This document shows, piece by piece, positions 31,982-42,886 of a DNA stretch of 64,000 bases; position 1 is the first letter of the stretch; each line of letters starts with the position of its first letter. The position numbers and the translations under genes are program-made. The notes below the pieces were generated by a model. It was not told where the DNA came from. It did not search any database and worked only from the letters and a program-made list of their open reading frames with translations. Origin of the DNA: a virus (Duplodnaviria; Caudoviricetes); IMG/VR virus record IMGVR_UViG_3300025640_001000; one strand, written 5' to 3'.

Positions 31982-32911
31982 ATGGCATTATTAAACACAA
32001 ACACAAGTCTTGTTTGGTTTGGAGACGCAACTTCTAAATGCGAACAAATCGATATCTTAAACTTCAGAGATGAAATTACATCAGTTTATTATGTAGAAGA
32101 TTCAAATACAAATTTGCTTGCTTCAAAAAAATCATCTCTTGCTACAATTTCAACTAGATACCGATACCTTGACGCAGGTGCTGGTGGTTTAATTTTCGTT
32201 TCGGATACCTCATTGGTATTGGATGACGTGGTTAAAAGTTATTTAAACGAAGATGCTGGTAGAATAATTCCAACATACATTGAACGATTTGAAACATCAG
32301 GTACCATACCTGGTACATTCGTAATGACATCCGAATTCAAAAACAAAAAACCTGTATATAAAAACACAGATTATCAATGGTATATTTGGTACGATGAATC
32401 AGAATCTGTGTGGATTGCGTCTGAAGATGCAGTTTCAAAAGATAAAACATTTTTAAAAGGTGATACTTGTTTGCCAAATTTTCAGAATTATACCAATGAT
32501 TCTTTTTCATCTCATCTTATTACTACACAAAATTGGGATTGTCTTGAAGTTGATGAATTAAATGGAGTAGTTGAATCTGCAAATGGAATTTATTGTCAAA
32601 CTGCAACATACAATGAACATCCTGCGTATGTAAGTTGCAATGGAGCATGGTACATTTATTTTGATTTAATAACATGGGTATTAACTGATTCACCATATAA
32701 TCGTGAAGGTATGTGGTTGATAAATGGAAGTACATCCGTGTATACCAAATTCAATAATGTAGCAGGTGGAAACGGAAGTTCTTCGTTCAACAATCAAACG
32801 GCAGTTGTTAAGTCAATGGGTATTCCTGCAGGTGCTTTAATGGTTGAAGATGGTGAAGATATATTGTTCACAGAAAACGATAATACAGCCGTTACAGGTG
32901 AAGGTACTTGA
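31982..32911 (+). CDS. Degenerate module A plus two KPVY/PAY modules
   Basis: LVWFGDATSKC...DAGRI; KNKKPVYK...WYIWYD; NEHPAYV...WYIYFD. Confidence 0.7.
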   Translation: MALLNTNTSLVWFGDATSKCEQIDILNFRDEITSVYYVEDSNTNLLASKKSSLATISTRYRYLDAGAGGLIFVSDTSLVLDDVVKSYLNEDAGRIIPTYIERFETSGTIPGTFVMTSEFKNKKPVYKNTDYQWYIWYDESESVWIASEDAVSKDKTFLKGDTCLPNFQNYTNDSFSSHLITTQNWDCLEVDELNGVVESANGIYCQTATYNEHPAYVSCNGAWYIYFDLITWVLTDSPYNREGMWLINGSTSVYTKFNNVAGGNGSSSFNNQTAVVKSMGIPAGALMVEDGEDILFTENDNTAVTGEGT

Positions 32912-32952
32912 TCAGCATTACAATTATTGAGTATATTTTAATATAGCACTGA

Positions 32953-32960
32953 TATTTATA
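32953..32960 (+). promoter_or_regulatory. TATTTATA putative late-promoter motif
   Basis: Upstream of 32972. Confidence 0.55.
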
Positions 32961-32971
32961 TATTTAGTGTT

Positions 32972-35900
32972 ATGAATCTTCCCTCAAAAAATGCTCGTAA
33001 AATGTATATGGCTGCGGCCAGTAAAGGCAAATATCAGTATGTATGTGACTGCTCTTTGTATGAATCGTGGGACGGCTATAAAGACAACCCAGGTGAAATA
33101 AAGTATTCACTTCTTATAGATGATAATCCACTTAATGATGTTTCTCAAGTGGGTGATAGAATACTTGAAACTAGTGTTGAGATATTTGATGATAGTGTTT
33201 TCAACAAAATCGTATTCAATTATTTTGGTCATAGTGAGCAAAAGAAATCATTTATTATAAAATATGTGTGCTTCGTTGATGTAAACGGAAATTGTCTTCC
33301 TGTGGATATCAAGGATATTGTAGGACGAGCATACAGAAACACCAAACGTGACACTTATACATCGTTACCTGTAGGTAATGGAGTTAATTTGTTTTCAACA
33401 GGAGAAGCATCACTTGGAACTCAGTCAACTTTAAATTATGGATGTGAAATTGAAGTAACATTCAAAAATAGATTAAGATACAGAGATGTAAAAAAGATCA
33501 TGTGGCATTATTACACAGATGATCCTGCAGGAACTAAAAAAGTTTCAATTGGTAGCAACTTTAATTTATACAAAGATGGTGATGTTGTTGTGCATGGAGA
33601 TAATGTTTGGTCAGCATATGGAGATATAAATGATCCAGATGACGAACCAGGTACATCAATTCACTGGGAGTTTTTGTGTTCATGTGAACGAGATGAATTT
33701 TATTGTCCTGAATATACACCAACACCCACTCCAACACCAACACCCACTCCATCACCAACTCCATCACCTACACCAACTCCAGAAGAAGTAATATGTTGGT
33801 GTGATGAACATCCACGATGGATTGCTATGGATTATGCTTGGAAATCTGTGGTGTCGCACGAAGGATACATTTATCAAGCAACTGATTATCAAGGAACAGA
33901 GGCTGCTGATGTACCCGGAACTTCAAATCACTGGTTTCAAGTGTGTCGTTGTTTAGAAGAATGTTATCCAACTGAAATATGTGTTAAAATGGAAGAAGCA
34001 ATTGGTTGGAATTTGGGTATTAGTCATACTCCTGATTTATTTCCAACACCAACACCAACACCAACTCCTGCGATTTGTAATCCAGTTTCTCATCAACTTG
34101 GTGGAAGCAAGCAATACTCTCATGCAGGTTCACATGAAAATGCATACGATGGAGATTCACAAACTGCAACGGGTGACTATAAATGTTGGTGGTCAGGTTC
34201 TTCAATCAATTCTACTGCATGGGTAATTTATACATTTGATGAACCATTAACAGGACAAACATTAGAAATTGATATTGATTTGTATATAAGTGGTGGAAAC
34301 GGAAACACGGCAAACTTCTTGGTAGACTACAAATCCACAAAAGAGTCAAATTGGATTCAAATATGGAAAGCAGATGATTATTCTGTGCTAACCAGAAAAC
34401 GCATGACTTGGGATGTTGACTTAACAAACAAAACCGTTTATCAAGTTCGTGTGTGGACTCAAGACACCAAAAACAATGCACCTTCATTCCGAGTATTTGA
34501 TATAGGAGTTAAAAATTGCTTCGTTGAATCGTGTGAACCAAGAGAACTGGATTGTCAGAATTTATCGTTTCATTTACAAAGTAACAGTGAAGATGATAAT
34601 GTGGAATTTACTGACGAAAGTCTTAATAACCTTGAAGTTGATAGAATTGGTAATGCTCATCATTCAAGTGATAAAACTTTATTTGGAAGAACTTCTGTTT
34701 ATTTTCCAGTTGGAACACGAATTGACATACAATCATCTGACGATTTAAAAATTGGTACAGACGAATTTACAATAGATGCGTGGGTTTACATTACAAATAC
34801 CCGAACAGGAACAAATCCACCGAGTTACTCAGACAGAGCAATTGCCGGAACATTCTCTGGTAATGGTGGACGAGGAGCAGGTTCTGCGTGTTTCCTTTTT
34901 CTTGAAAACAAAACAAATAATTTGTGTTTTTGGGATGGTGTAAGTCAAAAAACAGGAAACATGGTGATACAACAAAATGCGTGGACTCATGTTGCAGTAT
35001 CCCGACATTCTGGAGTATTAAGATTGTTTGTTGATGGTCAACAAGCACTCACCGAAAATCATTCGGTAAATTTATCAGGCAACGCAGGATGGTCAATCGG
35101 TGGAGCAAGAACAATCAATCCAACATTAACGAACCGATGGTTTGATGGATATATTCAAGATGTTAGAATCATAAAAGGAACTGGATTATATAGTTGTGAA
35201 TTTGATCGTCCAATTGCATTAAGTTCAATTTGCAGAAATGTTCCAAATCCTGTGATTAAACTACTTGGTGAATCTTTAACAGAAAATAACAATGTATGGA
35301 ACAATTCAGCATCCACTTCGTATCATGCTAACATCAAAGGATCACATCAAAAGATTTTTACGAATTGTGGAGGAGTTCAATTTGCAAATACAGGTGGTTT
35401 CATTGAAATGAGCAATTACGGAGCAAATCCTCAGACATTAACATTTGAAACAACATTTGCAATCGAATCAACAAAAAATGTAACACAAGGTTCAAGTACT
35501 GCTGATCGTCAGTATATTGTATTTCAACAAAATTCAAGAACCACATCGTTTGAAGGATTTTCACTTCAATATTATGAGTCATCTGAAAGTTTGACATTAG
35601 TTGCAACGAATCCTCATACACGTGAGCAACATCTTGTTCGTACACCCGAAGGTTTAATTACTGTTGGATCATTGGTTCATGTGGTGTGTGTACTTGAAAT
35701 TGACAAAATGCACATTTATGTAGACGGCCGCATGGAAGCAACTGGAAGAAAGTGGTCAGGTGGTATTGATTATAGTTCAACTCACAAACTTACCCTTGCA
35801 AGAGCAAATCCAAGAGGAACGGTATACGATGGTTATATGAATGGAACTATATACGAATTTTCATTGTTTGAAACCGCATTAACTGATGTAGAAGCAGCTG

Positions 35901-36850
35901 CTTTGTATAATGCAAGCATTGCACGATTAGGCAATTGCTCAGGAGTTGGAACTGGACCAAGTGGATCATCTATTCAACTTGCAAATCAGTGGAAATCAAA
36001 AAGTGGAAACAATCACACAATCTTTTCACTTTTGGGAACTACACAAAAAACATTTCCTCAATACAGACAATGGAATTCAGAAATAACAAAACAAAATTAT
36101 CGTGTGTTGACTGTAGATGATTTTACTGAAGATTTGGTTAATATCAATGGAAGACGAGCATTGCAATTTGTAGCTGGTGGAGTATCTTCTGGACCCACAA
36201 TGGCACGACAAATTAACTATAATAGAAACATTAGCAGTTCACCTTACGATATCTTTATTGTATTGAATCCAGGAAGTGGAGGTCACATTTTAGATGGAAG
36301 TCTTGACGAATATAATTTAAGTTTTATACGAGTAAACGGAGGTAAATTCGAAATGAGACACGGATCAGGTGGAACACGCACATGGGTACCTGATCCTCTT
36401 GTACAATTAACATCCAAAACTTCTTTTCTGGGTAAGGCTGAACCGTGTATGGTATGGTTTAGATTCGATGCTTCCGATGCCAATAAATCATTTATTCGTA
36501 TAAATGGAAAAGAAGACGTTCGTGGAACAATGAAATCACGATATTCATTTGAACTAGGAGGAATGGGTAGACTCACAGATTTTTCACTAGGACGAAACAA
36601 ATCAGGTAGTTCAGGTTTCACGGGTGTGATCGGTGAAATTATTACTACAAGTTCCGGTAGCACAACAATTGAAGGATATTTAGCACACAAGTGGGGTTTA
36701 CAAGACAAACTTCCAACTGATCACCCACACAAAACTTGCGTAAAAACAAACGCAGATTCAGATGCCGACTGTTGGGAGCAAATTGGACCATTTTCTACCG
36801 AATTGTGGTATGATGCTTCTTGGTCTGATGCATTTACATACGAACAATGA
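32972..36850 (+). CDS. Multi-lectin-like protein: CBM5/12-like, discoidin-like and three LamG-like domains with PT linkers
   Basis: VVSHEGYIYQA...VPGTSNHW; NAYDGDSQT...WWS; FTIDAWVY...WTHVAVSR...FDGYIQDVRIIKG; IEGYLAHKWGL. Confidence 0.8.
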   Translation: MNLPSKNARKMYMAAASKGKYQYVCDCSLYESWDGYKDNPGEIKYSLLIDDNPLNDVSQVGDRILETSVEIFDDSVFNKIVFNYFGHSEQKKSFIIKYVCFVDVNGNCLPVDIKDIVGRAYRNTKRDTYTSLPVGNGVNLFSTGEASLGTQSTLNYGCEIEVTFKNRLRYRDVKKIMWHYYTDDPAGTKKVSIGSNFNLYKDGDVVVHGDNVWSAYGDINDPDDEPGTSIHWEFLCSCERDEFYCPEYTPTPTPTPTPTPSPTPSPTPTPEEVICWCDEHPRWIAMDYAWKSVVSHEGYIYQATDYQGTEAADVPGTSNHWFQVCRCLEECYPTEICVKMEEAIGWNLGISHTPDLFPTPTPTPTPAICNPVSHQLGGSKQYSHAGSHENAYDGDSQTATGDYKCWWSGSSINSTAWVIYTFDEPLTGQTLEIDIDLYISGGNGNTANFLVDYKSTKESNWIQIWKADDYSVLTRKRMTWDVDLTNKTVYQVRVWTQDTKNNAPSFRVFDIGVKNCFVESCEPRELDCQNLSFHLQSNSEDDNVEFTDESLNNLEVDRIGNAHHSSDKTLFGRTSVYFPVGTRIDIQSSDDLKIGTDEFTIDAWVYITNTRTGTNPPSYSDRAIAGTFSGNGGRGAGSACFLFLENKTNNLCFWDGVSQKTGNMVIQQNAWTHVAVSRHSGVLRLFVDGQQALTENHSVNLSGNAGWSIGGARTINPTLTNRWFDGYIQDVRIIKGTGLYSCEFDRPIALSSICRNVPNPVIKLLGESLTENNNVWNNSASTSYHANIKGSHQKIFTNCGGVQFANTGGFIEMSNYGANPQTLTFETTFAIESTKNVTQGSSTADRQYIVFQQNSRTTSFEGFSLQYYESSESLTLVATNPHTREQHLVRTPEGLITVGSLVHVVCVLEIDKMHIYVDGRMEATGRKWSGGIDYSSTHKLTLARANPRGTVYDGYMNGTIYEFSLFETALTDVEAAALYNASIARLGNCSGVGTGPSGSSIQLANQWKSKSGNNHTIFSLLGTTQKTFPQYRQWNSEITKQNYRVLTVDDFTEDLVNINGRRALQFVAGGVSSGPTMARQINYNRNISSSPYDIFIVLNPGSGGHILDGSLDEYNLSFIRVNGGKFEMRHGSGGTRTWVPDPLVQLTSKTSFLGKAEPCMVWFRFDASDANKSFIRINGKEDVRGTMKSRYSFELGGMGRLTDFSLGRNKSGSSGFTGVIGEIITTSSGSTTIEGYLAHKWGLQDKLPTDHPHKTCVKTNADSDADCWEQIGPFSTELWYDASWSDAFTYEQ

Positions 36851-36909
36851 AAACAATAAATAATACTTTTTTTAATATCAACAACTCAATTCCACATTTG
36901 ATTTGTAAA

Positions 36910-36917
36910 TACTTATA
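36910..36917 (+). promoter_or_regulatory. TACTTATA variant of the motif
   Basis: Upstream of 36953. Confidence 0.5.
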
Positions 36918-36952
36918 TGAAAAAAATGAAATAAATTTAGGTAATAAATAAC

Positions 36953-39937
36953 ATGGCAGATAATTGTTTAGGCACCAGTGCAGATTTGGAATTTACTCGT
37001 AACAACGGACTACCGAGGTTTAGAGGAAAGGACCGTTATATAAATGCCGTTAGATTTGTTTATGCTGGTAATGCAACTTCACCCAAACATTTTAAAACAA
37101 AATTCTTTGCAATGTATCGTGGAGAATCAGAAGTTTCGTTGAGAAATTATGTTCTTATTGATCCACTTGCATCCGAGCAACAACATTCGTATTGCACAGG
37201 TTGGAAAATTAATAATGGTTCTCATGGACTAAGTGGAGAATCAGATTCTATATTTGAAGAAAACGAAGATTCATGGGGAATACCTGGAACAGGATGTGGA
37301 GGATATTTTACATTGTTTTTTAAAGACCCAATTGATATGTCAGGTATCACCAAAATGAAATGGAGATACGAAACAGGAGACGAATGTGGTTCACGGGCAG
37401 TTACATTCAGAAGTGTAGATGTTGGTACAAGTATAAGTGGAACATATGTTCTTGCTGATCCTGAAAACAATTGGAAAAAACTTGCTGGTATTCAAGACGC
37501 ATCCAACTATAAAAATGTTGGTTATATTCAAAAGTTTGGTGAAAACAGAATATGTCAAAATCAAGCAAAAAAAGGAAACAGACGACCAGTTACTTCTAAA
37601 ATGCCTTTGTCAACTTTCAACTTTGCAGATGATGAATCTGAACCTGTGATGGTTTCATTGTCAACTGACATGGAAATGCCAGGATGTTGCACAGATTATG
37701 ACAATTCAATTATGACATTTGGTGACGGAATTGATCGTCATTCAGTTGGTGGAGTAAGTGTTCAGTATTTTGAAGAAGGTGGTAGATTGTGCTTTGATGA
37801 TATTACAATGGATGGATTAAGTAATCCATATGGTGTAAAACTAGAAATAGACGGAGAAACCGTATATGGAAAAATCAAAGCAACTGGTCAATTTAAAAAT
37901 AACGAAGTTGTGTATGTTTCTCCAAACGGAAATTATTATAGTGGAAAATTGATAAGCAAAACTGGATTTGATAACACATTACAGTTGGTAGGAACTTGTG
38001 TATCAGAAACTCCTGTGATTGAAGTTGGTGATCCACGACCTGTAATAAAATTACCTTCCACTAATTTAGATTTTATCAACAAAACATGGAACGATGCAAG
38101 TTTGCCTGCAATAAACGGAAGCATTGGAGGTAATGTTAGATTTCAAGATAGTAGATGTGGAGCAGGTGCTCGTTTTCGTGGAGATGGAGGTTATATAACA
38201 TTTCCAACCTACAATACACAACCACAAACATTAACACTTGATATGATGTTTGAAGTAAATGGTCAAACTGAATATTATGACGAACGCAATTTGATAAAAT
38301 ATGAAAATATTGATTTTGCTCAATCTGGAATTTACAACAAACAAGAAAAATGGAATGGATTTTCACCCGACAAAGATCAATGGAACAAGTTGTTAAAATC
38401 CGAAGAAAATGAACATTTAACTGATGACGATGAATTTGTTTATAATTCAAATGTAGATGTAAACGATTATCCAACTATGCAAGTGGTGGGCAATGCAACC
38501 ACTACTGATCCTGGTGGGGATTATCGTGGATTTGATTATCAGATAGTAGTTTCATTTAAAGAACCCATTTCTATAAAGAAAGGTTCTCGTCTTCATTTCA
38601 ACTTTTTACCACGAAATGTATTTTGGGGTTACAATCAAGGTGGTGCCCGTAACGCCGAGACCAACAAAATTAATATGTATGCCACGACTCTTCCTAAATT
38701 AGAATCATTGGCAACTAAACAAAATGAATGGTCTGGTTGTTCTTGTTGTCCTTATACAAGTTTTATATTCAATGAAAAATTAGGATATGCAGAAGCAACT
38801 GAAGATATAAATGATATTACGCACATTTCATCTGGACCTGTAACAATTTATGAAGGTTGTAACGGACGATACACATGGACTGCGGGTTTACAAGCACTTT
38901 CAATTATTCCTCCTGCAAAACAGAACTCTCAATATCTTGCATTTCAACAAAATACAACTATTGCACATCCCACAGGATATTATTTGGCATACAATCCAAC
39001 ATCAATTGGAGGTGGATCATTAGAAATGGGTGTTCAGTATCCAAATGGTTCTAAATTTAAATGTGAAACACTGGATGATTCTGTTATACTCAATGAAAGA
39101 ACTCATGTTCATGCGGTGTTTGGAGAAACTGATATGCAACTTTTTATAAACGGAGACTTGATGGTTGAAACTGAAAAGTCACGTGGAATTGATTATCATC
39201 CATCTCATAAATTGCATTTAGGAAGAGCAAGAGCAATCGGAACATCTTCTGATAGATTTTTAAATGGAACGATATATGAATTTGATTTTTATGAAACAGC
39301 ATTAGAATCTGCTTACATTTACAGATTGTTTATAAACAAAAAATGCGCTCCACCAAATCCGACACCAACTCCCACTCCAACTCCCACTCCAACACATACA
39401 CCCACACCAACTCCAATTATTGAAACTGAGTGTGTGGATCATAATGATGACAGAACATGGAGTTTATTGAATTCTAACTTTACCGCATACGGAAGCAATT
39501 GTATAACCGAGTCTGTGTGGGAAAATTCTGCAAGTAATGCTTGGAAAATAAATATATTATCTGATGATTGTGGAGAAATAATGTGTTGTACAGATGATAT
39601 GAATAGTTACGATGTGGGACCTGAAATTAATACAATCGTTGACGGAGAAAATCAAATTACGGTTGGTAAGCAACTTTATGAAGGTATGTTGTGTGTTGAC
39701 TCAGGACGTGGTGATATTGAACAACTTGTTATCAATGAAGTTACATTGTTTGTGTCAGACGCAAAACCAATTGGAACTATTATCTTCACCGGCCATGTAA
39801 ATAGTGATCCAACTCTATATTTATCAATAATGGACTCGGCGTACGCAGAAGATAATGGATATCCAAACTATAACGGAATGTGCTTGAAAGGTACAATTTC
39901 AAACGGTGAATGTAGATTAAAGGAGTTTAACGGATAA
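36953..39937 (+). CDS. Modular protein: unknown N-domain, module B, LamG with a large insertion, PT linker, module B
   Basis: GCCTDY...VSVQYFEEGG...YGKIKATG, closely matching the 3805 gene; LHLGRARAIG...FLNGTIYEF; MCLKGTISNGECRL. Confidence 0.75.
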   Translation: MADNCLGTSADLEFTRNNGLPRFRGKDRYINAVRFVYAGNATSPKHFKTKFFAMYRGESEVSLRNYVLIDPLASEQQHSYCTGWKINNGSHGLSGESDSIFEENEDSWGIPGTGCGGYFTLFFKDPIDMSGITKMKWRYETGDECGSRAVTFRSVDVGTSISGTYVLADPENNWKKLAGIQDASNYKNVGYIQKFGENRICQNQAKKGNRRPVTSKMPLSTFNFADDESEPVMVSLSTDMEMPGCCTDYDNSIMTFGDGIDRHSVGGVSVQYFEEGGRLCFDDITMDGLSNPYGVKLEIDGETVYGKIKATGQFKNNEVVYVSPNGNYYSGKLISKTGFDNTLQLVGTCVSETPVIEVGDPRPVIKLPSTNLDFINKTWNDASLPAINGSIGGNVRFQDSRCGAGARFRGDGGYITFPTYNTQPQTLTLDMMFEVNGQTEYYDERNLIKYENIDFAQSGIYNKQEKWNGFSPDKDQWNKLLKSEENEHLTDDDEFVYNSNVDVNDYPTMQVVGNATTTDPGGDYRGFDYQIVVSFKEPISIKKGSRLHFNFLPRNVFWGYNQGGARNAETNKINMYATTLPKLESLATKQNEWSGCSCCPYTSFIFNEKLGYAEATEDINDITHISSGPVTIYEGCNGRYTWTAGLQALSIIPPAKQNSQYLAFQQNTTIAHPTGYYLAYNPTSIGGGSLEMGVQYPNGSKFKCETLDDSVILNERTHVHAVFGETDMQLFINGDLMVETEKSRGIDYHPSHKLHLGRARAIGTSSDRFLNGTIYEFDFYETALESAYIYRLFINKKCAPPNPTPTPTPTPTPTHTPTPTPIIETECVDHNDDRTWSLLNSNFTAYGSNCITESVWENSASNAWKINILSDDCGEIMCCTDDMNSYDVGPEINTIVDGENQITVGKQLYEGMLCVDSGRGDIEQLVINEVTLFVSDAKPIGTIIFTGHVNSDPTLYLSIMDSAYAEDNGYPNYNGMCLKGTISNGECRLKEFNG

Positions 39938-39938
39938 A

Positions 39939-42509
39939 ATGGGAAAGTTAGATAAAGTATATAATTTGGTATGGTACGGAGATTGTGATGATCCAGATTG
40001 TCAGCCCGTAGATTTGTCTTTGTATAAAGACGACCTTGAGTTTGTATTTCAGATTTCTGATGTTAACTCGGGGTGGAAACATTGGTCATCAGCAACAGAT
40101 GCAATCAATCTCGGAGATTTTGCGGATTTGATATGTGGTGTGCCTTATATCATAAAGTTGACATCAGATGATAAAGTAAAACCAAATAAAGTAGTTGAAA
40201 TTCCTGGAGTTACTGTTGGTAGATTTGCAGATGATCCAACTGATGCTACTAGTAAACGAATAAGTGACAATTGTGTACCTGCAAAGTTTTGTACATTTGT
40301 GGTTGATAATGTTTTAACAAGCACATTTGATTTAACCATTTATATGTCTACGATAGATTCATATAGAACCAATAATTATATTCGTGGTTTTGAATTGTTT
40401 TTTGATAATGTTAAACTGAAACCCACAGGTACAATTTCGCATACTTTTCAAGAACGAGTTGCAACCGCAGTTAAAAATGATGACAATGAAGAAGAAGAAC
40501 TTTTTCGTGAACTTATCAAACGAACAAGTTCATTGGTTTCGTTTGATGAAGAAGGTGATACAACTTACAACAAATGGGGTTTTTCAGATTTAAGAAAGTT
40601 TAGTACAGGCATTTCGTTGAGCAACGAATTTCAGTCATCGTATAAATTTACCATTCCGTTTGATTCTATTGACGGTGAATTGAAAGTTAATAGTGCTAAC
40701 ATTTACGATACAACGGTTGGTCGTTACAAATTTGATTATGTATTGTGTGATGGTTACAAACCACCCACAAATCCAACCCCAACTCCAACTCAAACTCCAA
40801 CTCCAACAAGTGAGTGCATAAAACCAGACGATGAATATTGTGAAGAATTGGTATTTCATTTGCAAAGTAAAAATGAAACAGATGGTTCTGATGTGGTGAT
40901 TGATGCAAGTCTTAAAAATCATCCACTTGAATTTCCAAATGGAAGAATCAAGCATTCATCTGCCAGAAGAAAATTTGGGGAAAGCAGTTTTGATTTCACA
41001 GGAAACGAAGTTATCAAACTTCCTCAGTCAGAAGATTGGAGATTTCTTCAAGGACAATTTACGATTGATGCGTGGGTTTATGTAGATTCATTTGATGCTT
41101 CTAGTAACTTTACACGTGACAAAGCAATTTTTGCAAGTTTGGCAACTCAACAAATTATGTTTGGAATTGACAATAAAAGTGGAAAACTGATTATGTGGGA
41201 CGGACTTTTGCAAAAAAGTTCAGACGAAGCAGTTGTTGCACGAAAGTGGACTCATGTTGGTGTAACTCGTGACGGATCAATTCTTAGAATGTATATTGAT
41301 GCCAAGAAAGTATTTGAAGACAGAGAATATTCATCAAATTTTTACGAATCAAATAGTTTCAGTATAGGTGGAGCAATAGACTTTGATTCAGGAGATTCAA
41401 ATTACACAAGATTGTTTAATGGTTACATTAACGATCTTCGTGTTGTTAAAGGTGTCGCATTGTATACATCAGATAGATTTTGTGAATACGAAGACTTCCA
41501 TGAAGATTGTGAACATCCTCCGTCACCAACTCCAACTAAAACTGATGTTCCACCAGAATGTAATCCAGAACATTATACTTGCGAAACGAAAATTGAACCA
41601 AGCAATTTGTTTGATAACTTCACTAATTTCTATGGATTAACAGGAGTAAATTCTTCAGGAACGTATGCCGTAACCAACGAAGGATCAATTAAAAGTAATC
41701 TTGACAACACATTGACAATAGAAACGGTTGAACCTACGAGTGGTGATGCAAACATGGTTGCAGTATTTTCCGATGGAAATTATCAAATGACATCATTCTT
41801 TAAGCATTTTTGTTTGAGCATATTTGATTTGTCTTATTCTTCAACACAAGAAGTAACAAGTCATTTGGCACTTTATCAAACTGATACAATTTACACAATG
41901 GAAATTGCAACCGGTAACTCGTTTAATGATCCAACTATTCAACGAGGACCAGTGGTTGCTGAGTCGTTTGTTCGTAGAGTAGGAATGGGACCAGAGTATC
42001 CAATTTTATCAACAGGAAATCGTTTTAGAGTCGGATTGGCATTTTCAAGAACAGGAGTTCCTGTTGCATCTGAAATCGTTTTACAAAATGGTTTTGATAT
42101 TTGTTTGAGCAGAAATATGCTTTTTGTTCCTGATGACGAAACAACACCAACTCCAACACCTACGGTAACACCAGAAGAACCATTGAATTGTTGTATGGGA
42201 TTTGATTATCAGAATATTGAGGTTACTGCTGAAATGGCAGCTAGCACAAAGGCAGATGGACCTCCTGGAATTTCAATAAATGGATTTGAAGAAGGGGGTA
42301 TTGTGTGTATGAATGAACTTACCGAAACGGTGCAGACATTATCTTGTCCAGTTTCAACGGCCGACTTCACACTGTCCGGTATGATAACACTAGGTCAGAC
42401 ATCACCTGACAATAAACTAAGATATACATCTGTCGCAGGTGATTGTTATGAAGCAGATTTGGAACATAATCCAAGTGCTGGTTTTGTTTTATTAAATCCA
42501 ATAACATAA
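39939..42509 (+). CDS. Module A, cohesin-like domain, LamG, beta domain shared with the 3805 gene, module B
   Basis: YNLVWYGDCDDPDC...LICGVPY; LTIYM...IRGFELFF; FTIDAWVY...FNGYINDLRVVKG; NCCMG...GDCYEA. Confidence 0.75.
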   Translation: MGKLDKVYNLVWYGDCDDPDCQPVDLSLYKDDLEFVFQISDVNSGWKHWSSATDAINLGDFADLICGVPYIIKLTSDDKVKPNKVVEIPGVTVGRFADDPTDATSKRISDNCVPAKFCTFVVDNVLTSTFDLTIYMSTIDSYRTNNYIRGFELFFDNVKLKPTGTISHTFQERVATAVKNDDNEEEELFRELIKRTSSLVSFDEEGDTTYNKWGFSDLRKFSTGISLSNEFQSSYKFTIPFDSIDGELKVNSANIYDTTVGRYKFDYVLCDGYKPPTNPTPTPTQTPTPTSECIKPDDEYCEELVFHLQSKNETDGSDVVIDASLKNHPLEFPNGRIKHSSARRKFGESSFDFTGNEVIKLPQSEDWRFLQGQFTIDAWVYVDSFDASSNFTRDKAIFASLATQQIMFGIDNKSGKLIMWDGLLQKSSDEAVVARKWTHVGVTRDGSILRMYIDAKKVFEDREYSSNFYESNSFSIGGAIDFDSGDSNYTRLFNGYINDLRVVKGVALYTSDRFCEYEDFHEDCEHPPSPTPTKTDVPPECNPEHYTCETKIEPSNLFDNFTNFYGLTGVNSSGTYAVTNEGSIKSNLDNTLTIETVEPTSGDANMVAVFSDGNYQMTSFFKHFCLSIFDLSYSSTQEVTSHLALYQTDTIYTMEIATGNSFNDPTIQRGPVVAESFVRRVGMGPEYPILSTGNRFRVGLAFSRTGVPVASEIVLQNGFDICLSRNMLFVPDDETTPTPTPTVTPEEPLNCCMGFDYQNIEVTAEMAASTKADGPPGISINGFEEGGIVCMNELTETVQTLSCPVSTADFTLSGMITLGQTSPDNKLRYTSVAGDCYEADLEHNPSAGFVLLNPIT

Positions 42510-42520
42510 AATGAAACAAA

Positions 42521-42886
42521 ATGGCAAATTTAGAACAAACAGAAGATTCTTTAGCATATTACCAAGGATGGTATGGAACATTATCTGAAAATGGTATAGA
42601 CGGATGTGAACCTTTAAAACTAGTGCTTGGTGACGGTCCTTATACAAAGGCTTATACTGAAATTTTGAATGTTATTGAAATTCGAGATGACAACAAAGCA
42701 CCAATAAGTTACAACGGAATTCTTCCAGATGTGTTGCTTGGAAATGCAACAATAAAAGAATTAAAATGTGGGCATTCTTATTTAATCGTATTAAAAAAAG
42801 GAACAGGTAGTGTAGATATTCCCGAATTCACGTTTGCAACCGCAGGAACCTCAAGTTATGAGTACAAACTTAGATCAACTATCTGA
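42521..42886 (+). CDS. Stand-alone module A protein (near-duplicate of the next gene's N-terminus)
   Basis: YYQGWYG...GCEPLKL...[15 protein letters not shown]...DIPEF. Confidence 0.7.
   Translation: MANLEQTEDSLAYYQGWYGTLSENGIDGCEPLKLVLGDGPYTKAYTEILNVIEIRDDNKAPISYNGILPDVLLGNATIKELKCGHSYLIVLKKGTGSVDIPEFTFATAGTSSYEYKLRSTI
42604..42831 (+). repeat. 228-bp identical direct repeat, copy 1 (core of module A)
   Basis: Identical to 42944-43171 (offset 340) by direct comparison. Confidence 0.95.

Noticed and set aside
38267-38915. Intein as the LamG insertion
   Set aside because: No Cys/Ser start, no His-Asn end and no LAGLIDADG motif.
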